DNA of 64,000 nt from Lama glama (taxonomy: Eukaryota). The stretch spans positions 38,752,001-38,816,000 of the forward strand of contig CM052817.1 of NCBI GenBank assembly GCA_028534125.1. The letters are read 5' to 3'. This document shows positions 37,101-49,100 of the stretch, piece after piece; position 1 is the stretch's first letter; each line of letters starts with the position of its first letter. The notes under the pieces were generated by a model that searched no databases, had not been told where the DNA came from, and saw only the letters and a list, made by a program, of their open reading frames with translations. The translations under genes and the position numbers were made by a program.

Positions 37101-40100
37101 GCATACATGAGGTCCTGAGCTCAATCCCCAGTACCTCCATTTAAAAAAAAAAAAAATATATATATATATATATAAATTTTTAAAAAATACTATAAAAAAT
37201 AAAATCTTTCCTAATTTGAGAGGATTTATAGCCAATGTTCCTTTAAACAGTAACTCATCCAGTGTAATTTCTGAACATTATTTGACTTTTTAAAATTTAT
37301 ATACATCCTTGAGAAACACGGATTCTTGCTTAAACGAATTGTATCTATGTTACTGTTATTTTCTGTTCCCTGTTAAATATTTAGTAGTCATTGAGGGAAA
37401 GAACATTTTACTAGAATCATTTTATGTATGTATAGAATAAAAATAATTTAAGTTGTGGTTCCTAGGCCCATGACAACCACTTTCTTTTTTTTTTTTTTTA
37501 GCTTGCTTTCTTTGGAGCGTATTTTTCCCACTGTTCTAATATATTTTTCCTGTCATATATTCTAGAATAGGAGATTTGCTTGGAAAGCATTGAAAGGACA
37601 TTTTAGATTAACCTATAATTAAATTCACAGTATTTTATATTTGTTCATTATAATTTACATTATTAGCCTGTTACATTACTCCAAAATCATGTCCCAGAAA
37701 TGATTTCCTTTAAAACTCTAACAACCCTACCTGTCCAGGAGTCCTCTTCTGTGTTGGCTCTGTCATTCAGAGCACGGCCTCTGTGGTGCTTCATGAATAA
37801 AAAGAGAAAGTGGTGTAATTATGTTTTTCGAAGGAGAAACTGAGAAATTCGAGGGGCTGACTCCTTGCAAATCATAGAGCAGAACATAAGGCCGGTGACC
37901 ACTTAACTTTCTACTCATTTGGAACAATGTTGATATTTCTTTGGTGACATAAATTAGCAGTGGATGAGAAGCATAAAGATCAAATCAATGGATAACACTT
38001 ATTTAGTGCTGAATATTTGCCAGGCACTGTTAAAGTGCTCCATATAATCTTAAAACAACCCTACAAAATAGGTTCTATTTCCACAATTTTACACAAGTGA
38101 GGAAACTGAAGCCCAGAAGGATTAAAAAAGAAATTTACCTGAGAGCACACCACTGCAATTGAACTCAGCTGGTCCAACCCACTTTCTAAGCTTTTAACCA
38201 CTACGTCATTCTGCCATATGCAAAGATTATTCCTAAGTACCGAAGTAATATAAGCCAAGTAAATAGGAATTAGAAAGTGAAAGTACTATTAAAGTCTTTA
38301 CAAATATATAACATATTTATTTCAAGTTCAAAAAAAGATACAGGAAAAATATTTCTCTAGTCCCCGTATATCTTACTGGCCATTGAATTCAGTAACTACA
38401 ACTAGTGTTGTAAAAAATTTTTTGACAGGAGCGCAATAGTAGGAAAGTATAAATTAGCAAAATTTTCTCTTGATCTGCTAAGTTGGTTAGACGAGTATTC
38501 TTATCAATTCATTGCCATTTGAAAGAATGGAGAAAATCAGAAGCACACTGCTGGTCTTGTGGGGTGTATGACATTTTATTGTTTAATTGTATGGACTGGA
38601 CTGTATTCAGTATAGTACGGTGTTCCCAAAAAATTAAAACCATAGTTTTTTTCTGTCAGGTAGTTCATGTAGTATTCAAGCTACACCTACAACAAAGAAA
38701 AATGGTTTGAATAATGCTGAACAGTGATACAATTAATGCAAAATAAAATAAGTAGCATGAAAGGGCAATGCAGTGGGGAGTAAAGCACCAGTTTGGGAAG
38801 AAGGTAACCTGGAAATTCCTTTCAGAGTTCATTGTTTTAAACTATATTTGAAAATTATGGGAAGCATAACTGACAGTGAAAAGACTAGGCATCAAAACTA
38901 AGGAGAATCTTAATTTCTGTGTGGATTGTCATTTTACTGAAAGGAAATAATTCACATGTCAATTTAGGTTGCATGGTGTGCTTTCAGCAAGGCACCTTGT
39001 GAATGACCAGCCTGTGCCAGTTGGTGGTGGGGGGGGGAAGTCTTGAGTTCCCCTGGGTGAGCTTGAAGCACTGAATTAGCATTTTAAAAGGTAACATTTA
39101 AAGGTAAAAATAGTCTCTCGCCCAAACAAGTAACCGTGGTAATTAAATTTTAGCCTGAGCTTCAGTTCTAGAATAAAGGAAAGAAGGTATGTGGATTGTG
39201 ACTTATTAACCATAGCTTGTCAGTGGCAGAGCTGGGCCTGGAACACTGGGCCTTTGATCCCAGTCCGGGTGCCTCCAGTACCATCCCATCCGTAGAGAAC
39301 CGTCAGCTTTCTGTCTTGCTCTCTTTCCCAGGTTCTCTTGTGCATTTGTGTGCCTGTTTCTTCCCATCTCTGCTATTCTAACTTTCCTTTATATTATTGT
39401 AATTATTGAATAGTTTATGCTTCCTCTTTTCATTTTTAAATCTGTAAAATTTAACTATGTCCTTCAAAAAGAAAGTGGAAATTAAGGATTTGCATTGTTG
39501 TTTTGTTCCTGTGATCTCATTTGATTGCTTTCCCATTGGCAGAGGAAGGGAATGTTAATATAAAAAAAGGATTCACAGCCTTTATTATCATTTGTTTCAG
39601 TAATATCGAAAGTAAATGGGCAAATTTCAAGATTCCAAAGAGAAGTGTTAAATGAACCCCTTTTCTCATTTACTTTAGTGGAAAGTACTCCTAGAGAAAA
39701 TGTTTTCTGAAAGATATGTTTCAGTGACATTTCTCAAACAGGGTTGGATAATTCACCCTAGTTTACATTTCAGGGCAATTTAATGTATTTATTTTCATTG
39801 TAGGAACTGAAGAAGAGTTTGGAGGTCTTGTGTCTGCTAATCTTATACTTTTGAGGAACAGACTTCTAGATATCTTACTAAAACTGGTTTACACATCTAA
39901 AGAAAAGACAAGCATTAATTTGCAGTAAGTAAAATCTTTTTAGAGTTAATGCTAGTAGTTGCCATTACTAGTTAATTCATAGTAGACGGAAGAAAGATTT
40001 CCACTGACTTTTAGATTTTTCTTAAACCCTGAAATTTATAGTATCTCAGGAGCAAAAGCTAGTCTTATTTTTCTTTTTAACTTGAGATCCTAATCCTTGA

Positions 40101-43100
40101 AATTAATGTTTTGTTTTATATTGTTTAATCCATCTGTCTTTCAATAGAGCGTGTGAAGAGCTAGTCAAGACATTGGGTTTTGACTGGATTATGATGTTTA
40201 TGGAAGAACACTTGCATTCCACCACAGTTACAGCAGCCATGAGGATTCTTGTCGTCCTACTGAGTAATCAGTCTATTCTCATCAAGTTTAAAGAAGGACT
40301 CAGTGGTGGAGGGTGGCTGGAACAGACAGATTCTGTCTTAACCAATAAGATCGGAACTGTATTAGGTATGGATTCTATAGTTTTGTTTTGTCTTTAAATC
40401 TTATGTAAGCTTATAGTCTCCAGTTTATCTTATAACCATTAAGAGTCATGAATTTTAATTAATGATAGAGTAAAAAGCATTAAAAATTTTAAATCTGGCT
40501 TTTTAAATTGCAAATCAAACTGAAGTCAGAGACAAGATATTAAAATGTAAAAACTCAAGTAAACTTTTTGTGATTTCTTTTTGATGTATAGTTCCCTTTC
40601 TGATCTGTAAGTAAATATAAATTATCAGAATTGAATTAATAATAATAATATTTTGCGTGTTTATTCTGTGCCAGTTACACTTTTCATTTTCACAATAATT
40701 AATTTTCATGATAACTCTATGAGGTATAAATACTGTCATATCCATTTTACAGGAAAGAAAGTGAAGGCATATGGGTCCTGTCACTTGTCAGCTGGGAAGT
40801 GTCAAAATTTGAATCTAGTCACTCATCGAAAGCCCATGCTTTTAACAGTTACGTTATATTGCCACTTAAGTATTTTAAGTTTATCAAAGTTTCAGCCAGA
40901 GTTCCTTATTCTCTGCTCACTGGCTCTATGCTGTTCTCAACGTAACTGAGCATTTAAGTAATATTAGAAAATTATAGTTTCCTATGTTAGATTCATTTGG
41001 ACTGGAACATTTTTGTTCAAATTAATTATCTTATTTTGGAAAATACGTATTTAAGATAACTTTTTTTAATTACAGTCATTCAATTCTTAAAATATTTAAA
41101 AAGTATATTTGTCTTTATAACATTACATTTTAAAAATCGTATATAATTGTATTTTACAATAAGCATTAAGAATAACTATTTACCCTGTTTGGATGGGAAA
41201 ATTAGGGATCAGAATTTAATATGTAATTTGTTTAAAAAAAAAAGTGAAAGTATCAATACCTGGGTCAACCTGTGCTACTCAATCAAATATTAGAGCAAAT
41301 GGTAGGAAGATAGAGCTTACATCATAGGATTATTTTATTGTTATTTCACATGTGAAAAATGTCTGAAGAAGCTGTGAAATGATTTCTCTCAAGGAAATTG
41401 TCTACTTTAAAATATGCATTTTAAATCATCATTAAAGATACTTTTATGATCTAAAAAATAGATCACTATTTTGCATTGATTCTGTGGGAAAGATATAGCC
41501 TTACAAATGTTATTATTATGAAGAGTTTGGTAGCAAGAAATTTAGCTCATTGACCTTAATAATAGCTATTAAGAGAATAGACAATGAAAGGCACAATTCA
41601 GTGTGAGTTCTGCATGATGTGAGTTTTAAATGCTAGTTGACAGCACTGCTGCTCCTTGAAGGCCACAGTAATACCTGTTTCACCTAACTAGCACATTGTG
41701 GTTTGCAGAATTCTTTAACAAATGTCATCTCATTTGCCTTCAGGATTCCAGACACAGGTATATATTTTCTGGTATAAAAGTTACATTTTAAAGGAAATAA
41801 ATCTAATAAATATAAATTTAAGTGTTAATTTCTCTAATTAGAAAAGTAAGACTGTTAAATGCGTAAGGTTCCTGCATCAAATAGGAATATGTCTGAGAAT
41901 CTGTCTTCTGACCGACAGTCCTGTCCTTTAATCACTTCAGTAATGTTGGAAAGGTACTTTTAACATCTGACGCACCTGGCTTCATGTCTTAGAATTTATC
42001 TGTCCTTCATTGGTACCTGCTTGTCAATTGCATGTACTGCTCTGGTTCTAAGAGAGAAATCTAGATATTTGAGTTTAACTTAGATTGGATTCAATTTAAT
42101 GTAATTTCCCTGAATATCTATCTGATATGTATAGACATAGGTATTTATATAGATGCGTGTCTACAGCTATATGTCATCTCATTCTATTTCTCTTTGATCT
42201 GATGAACAACCTAATGTTTTTTAAAGTTTTTGTCAAATTTTTCTTTATAAAAATACCTTCCATATAGCTGTAACTTGAATCTGAATCAGTGCTTAATTGC
42301 TAATAGCATACTAGATATTCCTTAAGATTATTTATGAGGGAAGACAGCATATGAGAATTTGGGAAGGCATGAATGCTAGCATTGGTTTTTATTTAGGACC
42401 TACAGTTTAATCAGAATTTGTTTTCTTATTTAATGTGTAAAATACCACTGGTTCTTTGACTTCTTAAGGCTCACACTTTTTTATATTCATGATTTCATTT
42501 AGAATTTACTACAGAAAAATCACCCAGTGTCCTAATGCAGCCAGTTTCTTAGAAATGTGGCAGTGTCATTAAGAAGGCCAAGGGAGGCAGTATAACGTTA
42601 TGGGCTCTGAAATAGAGATAAAAGTCCTAGTGCCACCACTCATTAACTTTATGACTTTGAACAAATCACGTATTTTCCATGTTATGAAAAGGATAATACC
42701 AATTTCTAACTCACGTGCTCATTGTGTTTAAGAAATGAAATGATATATGAAAGAGGTTGGTAAATTGCTGTACAATTCATTGTTAATTAGATGAACATAC
42801 TTCAGAAGATTAATTTGTGTCACACTGAGCAGTTGGTTAGGATGAACTATGTAAAAAGTCACCTAGATACAAATTTCTCTTTAATTATTTTAAGTAGTAG
42901 CAAGTATATACTTGTTACTTCATCTTAGAAAAAAGAAGTTGGAAAAAACTGTGACTATTCATTTGAAATAAATTGTTTCAGAGTAAAATCAATCATTCAT
43001 CTCTTGGTTGCTCTTTGCAAAAATTTTCCGTTGAGACTCTGGGCAACATTCATTCTGTGCTGAACACTGTAGTAGGTTTGGGGTGGCAAAAGAACTGAAT

Positions 43101-46100
43101 GAGTTGTATCCTGAAATTAGTTATGTAACAGGGGAAACAGGACTGCTAGAACATCTGTGCCACAAGCCACATCAGTAAGCAGTGATCATCTTCCGGCAGA
43201 GCTGTGGTTCTGGGACAGGCCTTGGGTGTCCACATGTACCCACAGTCCCAGTGGGCTCGGATTTGCTGTCCCACTGCCACGTGATTCTCCAACAGAATTG
43301 CAGATCATGTTGAGAGAAAAGATTTTTTTTTTATTCATGGTCTTGTCTCTAACTACAGTCGTAGGTCATTTAACGTCAATTAGTTTATCACGATTTTCAG
43401 GACAAAGGAAGTGTATTAACTATGTTACGGCAATCATATTTTTTAAGGTACATTTTTGTAGCATCCCAAATTCTGGCTGTGTTTTGAGTTTTACATCCTT
43501 CTTAGGGAAATGTTAGAGCTCTTTTGAGGTCATTCTTTTAATGAGTAGAGTTTATATTACCTCTTGTAGCTGCCTGCCCCAACTAAGTAAAACTTTTGAC
43601 TGAAAGATTAATTCAGCAGTTTGAGTAGTTAATTGCCTGTATTGAAGCGAATATTCTGGAAATGTCACGTACACTGAATGACTCCTTTCTGTGTTAATGT
43701 AGTCTGGTGATCGATCACTAACTGTGTCCTTATTGTTGTGTTTCCTCTTAGGATTCAACGTGGGCAGGAGTGCTGGTGGGAGATCGACGGTCAGGGAGAT
43801 TAACCGGGATGCTTGTCATTTTCCTGGCTTTCCGGTTCTTCAGTCATTCCTTCCTAAACACACTAATGTCCCTGCCCTCTATTTTCTCCTCATGGCATTG
43901 TTTCTTCAGCAGCCAGTTAGTGAGCTGCCTGAGAACCTGCAGGTCAGTGTGCCTGTCATCAGCAGCCGATGTAAGCAGGGTTGCCAGGTAGGAATTATCT
44001 AGTAGGGTGTAAGTGTCATTACATTTGCCAAAAAGTCACCATAGGGTAATGGGTTCATCACAGTGAAACCAGCTGGTACCATCCCTTTCTCACATTTGGA
44101 ACTTGATGTGAGACAGGAAAATCTGAAAACACCATAGAAAAATTTTCTGAAAGAAGTCCTTTGTCCCGATGTGGTCTTTCTCTCTTTTATAGTTACTCTA
44201 TGTGATTATGTACGTGTGAAGACTTTGGATATTTTAACAGTGATCTAAAGAATTCTTTCAAGTAGTGTGATTTTATAGGAATATAATTTAATTTCTGTGG
44301 AATTAAAAATGAAGGAAGTATTGTGCATACCATAAATTAATTGGGTGGGTATGGAGGGATTCTTGGTGCATGTTCTGACTAGAAAAATGTTTTTAAATTC
44401 TTAATGATAGACAATGTCCACGTTAGGAGAACAGTAAAGCTTAACTGATTTCTAATCTAAGGCAGTTGTGGGTATCTATATTTAGCTTATGTTTATGACA
44501 CTGCAAAGATGTAGAAATTCAGTTTTAAACTCAATTATACTTCCTTAAAAATGCTAAAATCCTATTCACATCAACTCTAGTAATTGACAAAACCTTTTAA
44601 ATAAAAATACTGAATCTGTACACTTACATTAAATCAAGATATGGATTCATGCTTAGCAGAGTTTAGTTGGTTATGTAATTTTCAAAGTAAGTGTGACACC
44701 ATAGTCATAAAGTGTTATATAAAACTGCTATGAATAAATCTCCTCAAAATGATTTTTACTTTGTCAAATCTTAATCTGTATGTAGTCTAAAAGTGAATTA
44801 GAACATTGCTGAGAGTGGGGAAAAAAAGTAAGTTCAACATACTTTTTGAAAAGAGCCTGCTTAAAATCATCAGTTCTTTAACTTCACCTGGCTAATTAGC
44901 AGGTATTTTATTTTTGTTTGCTTTCTTTAGAGAAAAAAGTAAAAAATGATGTTTTTAACATAAATACCTAAGATAGGATGATACACAATATTTGCTTTTT
45001 CTTACAAATGTGAAAATGAGTTTTAAAAGACAGATAGGAGAGAGGAGTGCTAGGTCTCTGGCGCTTTGCTCACTTTGGAAAAAACTAGTTCATTGCAAAG
45101 AAATTTTAGACTGTTAGAATTTATGATGGTCTCTACTGAAAAAAAAATTGACAGTGGTTAATCTTTATTCACTTTCACCTCTGCAGTTTGATTTAGATTC
45201 CATTTGGACATTTATCTTTGGAGTTCCTGCCTCCAGTGGAACTGTGGTCTCTTCTATCCATAATGTGTGTACAGAGGCTGCTTTTTTACTGCTGGGAATG
45301 CTCCGCAGCATGCTGAACTCAGTGAGTTTCCTGAGATACTGGTACCCACAGGGACTTTTTTTTTTTAATAGGAAAGTCCTTTGGTAACATAACTATTTAC
45401 TACATGGTCCCTGAAACGTCAGCCTCTCTGTTTTGCTCCCTTTAATGTAAGGATGGACTGTGCCATTGTTAAGACCCTGGACTCAGGAGCTGGTTCAGAT
45501 CCTAACTCTGGTACTTCATATATACTAAACTCCATGTGCCTCAGTTTCCTCCATATAAAATGCTGATGATAGTAGAATTTATCTCTTTGGACTGTTGTGA
45601 GGATTTAGGAGTTAGTATATACAAAAAGCACTTAAAAAAAGTGCCTGGTATACAGTAAGTGCTTCCTAAGTGTTAACTGATACCGTTAGTGCTCTGAACT
45701 ATATATTTCAGTGTATACATGTGTATAATGAATACGTATTGTAGTGTATGTCATTTGATAATAATGTTATTTGAACTTTTAAAATCACTTTCACTTAGAG
45801 ATTTAAAATGTTATCAGTGCAGCTTTTATTTTGTATTTGTTTATGTGTTTTCTGTTCTAATTGTTTCTCACTTAGATTTGAAGAATTGAAAGAGTAATGG
45901 CAAAATGTATGTTCCTGTCTATTTTACAAAACTACTCTGAATTATAACTTTATTTGTTTACACAACTTAGGATCACATTGTAAGAAGGATTATTAACTCA
46001 GCCCTTTGGATTACAAGTATCTGATGATTCTGATTTTAGTAGAAACTATTCTTATGCCATCTAAGAAAAGAATGTTGCTATTAAATGTATTAATTTAGAA

Positions 46101-49100
46101 TGCTTTGGGATTCTGGTTTTGGTTTTTATTCATAAACAATTCTAAAAATCTAAGTTAAAAAAAGCCACTCTTGGGGCAAGTATCAGGAGATAAGCATTGT
46201 TTAAATATATTCTTTTTTGTTACTTTTTTATCGTCATCATCATCATCATTGTTGTAATGCTTTTAAAGGAAAAATAACTCCTGTGTGTCTCCTTTACTCA
46301 GTATGCTACTACAGCACTACTTTACTTCTGATTCTTCTGGTCACCAAGTATGTGGGAGGCTTTGCCACACCAGCTAGGTGTTCCACAATTCAGTTCAGTT
46401 CTGACACTGTCTACCTGGACATAGCATCAGGTCCCAAGGGTTAAGAGCTCAGTCCAGAAGAGTGCCCCCTGCCCCCCACTGACAAGTCCAGGGTAGGTTG
46501 TTACCTGTGCTTCTGACTCACCAGTTATAATCTGGGGGCTCCCGTGACTCAGGCAAACATTCTACATACTAGTTTATTATAAAAGGACGTAAGTCTGGAG
46601 CAGCCAGAGGGAGGAGATGCCTAGGGCAGTGTGGAAGGGACACGGAGCTTCCGTGCTCTCTCTGTCCTGCCACTCTGTCAGTGCTTCCAGGTATTCACCA
46701 ATCCAGAAGCCCTCTGAACCCTTGCTTTTGATTTTTATGACAGCTTCATTATATGGACATATTTGATTAAATCGTTGGTTGTTGGTGATTGAACTCAACC
46801 TCCAGCCCTTCCTTTCTCCCTAGAGGTTGTGGGGGAGCAGGTTAGGTCGAATTCCAACCTTCTAGTAACATGCTCAGTTCCCCTGGCCAGCCTCCATCCT
46901 TAGACACCTTTCAGAAGTCGCCTGATCAACATAAACTCAGGTGTGGTTGAAAGGAGCTTGTTATGATTAACATAAAGACACATTTACAACTCATCACTTA
47001 GGAAACGCCAAAGGTTTCAGAGTCCCTGTGCCTGGAGTGGGACAAAGACTAAATATGTATTTCTTACTATAAATCACAGTATCACAATTGCATAATGGTT
47101 AAGAGCATTGTTCTTACCATTCTGTATATGACGATGTGAGGCTCAGAAAGGTGAAGCAACTTCCCTATTTTTGTCTTACTCCTAACTCTCCGGCACAATG
47201 GAGTATGGGGCAGCCCTGACGGTAATACAGCCACATACAGCCATACTCATGCTGATAACGGTGAATAATCAAAACCACTGACTCCAGTTACTGAACTGTG
47301 AGTACTCCTGTCAGTCTCTAGGGGAACTGACTTTGTTTTAGCTTTTTTCTCAATTTATTGGCCTGTGTGTGGTTTATAAGAGAGTTCTGGACCATCAGTA
47401 TATCCAGTTTCAGAAGAGTAGTAACTTTCAGCAGTGTCAGTCTCTAACGTGTTATTTCCTCTCTTGTCCCCGTGACAGCCTTGGCAGTCAGAAGAAGAGG
47501 GATCTTGGCTCCGAGAATATCCTGTGACCTTGATGCAATTCTTCAGATACTTGTATCACAACGTCCCAGACCTGGCCTCCATGTGGATGAGCCCTGACTT
47601 TCTGTGCGCACTGGCAGCCACAGTCTTCCCCTTCAACATTCGCCCATACTCAGAGATGGTAGGAAGTGGGCGGAGATCAGACCTGGGATGAATCTGCTCC
47701 AATGGTTAACACACTGTTTTTTGGCCAGTCTTTTAAGCTTCTGACCAAGTTACGGTTTCATAACTTTCAGCTTCGCCTCTTGCATCATTATCTGGTGTCT
47801 GCCTTCTTTGTTCCCCTAAAATAGCAGTGAACTCCATTTCCTGTTTTCATTTACTGCTAGTGACTTCCTGTTCCAAGTAGTTGTTGATCCTTTTCTTGTT
47901 ACATGTGATGATAGCTATGTGGATGTGAAGTTAGGTTACAGAACTCTAGTCAGACCAAATTTATTTCCACTTCATTCATCTCAGGAATTAAGCATCTCCT
48001 GGATTTAGTCCTTAAAAATTAATTCCAGGATTGCGTGTCTTTATAAAAAATGAAATGTGTGTCTGTCCCTTTTGTTCAGCTTTTTGTATTTGTTCCAATT
48101 GTTATTTTTCATATTTTGTACTAACTGAATAGAAAGTTATTAGAGTATAATCATATATAATATACTTCTTTTGTCCTTTAAAACAAATGCAAAAGACAGT
48201 TTTTCCTCCATAGTACTTCAGAATTTAATGATGCTTCCACTCTACCATTTATTCTAGAGCCTAAAGTCCCTTCTTTACGCTAATTTTTCTTCATGTATAA
48301 AGGTGAAATACTTTTTCTAAAATTGTGGGGACTTTTAGGAGAAAGACAAGAATAGCACATGACCTTAACACTGCAGCTTGGTTATAATTTTTAAATCCAC
48401 ATTTTTGGTAAAAACAGACTTTTAGTAATATCTCGATATTTTTTCCTTGTCAGCATCTTGTAACCTATCTTCTCGTCCTTTCTTTTTCTCTTCACTCAAA
48501 ATTAGCACTAGCTTTGTTGTTGTTTATTTATTTATTTGGGTTTTTTTCAACCTGCAAAAATGTATCAGCCCTTGGATATAACCATTATGCCTGATCTTTA
48601 CCTGAAGTTCTATGATGCTTGACTTCTCAGTAGATATGTTTCAAATATGCAAATTTAGTCATTCTCATTTTATTACTTCATTTATTTCAAGTGCAGTTAT
48701 CCACAGCAGAGATAAAATTCAACACAAAGCAGTTATATGATTAGTGGCCAGTCAGTAGCTTAATATTAGGAAGAGTAAGCAAGACATGTTGAGTAATCAC
48801 GACGCGCGGCGCCCAATTACCACCCTGAAAGGAGGTCTCAAGTAAAGCGAAGTAAAGTACCTATTGTGTTGAATAGCTTAGCAGGAGGTAAATATTGAAG
48901 GAAGGTACTGTTGTGCTACAATTTGGTTTTTAGGAATCATGGAGGTAAAAATATCAAGTAAAATCGAATAGGACTAGCATATATTTCCACTTGACTTCAT
49001 TAGGTGACTGATCTCGATGATGAAGTTGGATCTCCAGCAGAAGAATTCAAAGCTTTTGCAGCAGACACAGGGATGAACAGAAGCCAGTCAGAGTACTGCA

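Noticed and set aside
37068..37140. tRNA-Ala(AGC)-like gene
   Set aside because: It has an A-rich tail, a TSD, a mutated T-loop (ctgagctcaatc) and four sister copies in the window, so it is a SINE head rather than a tRNA gene.
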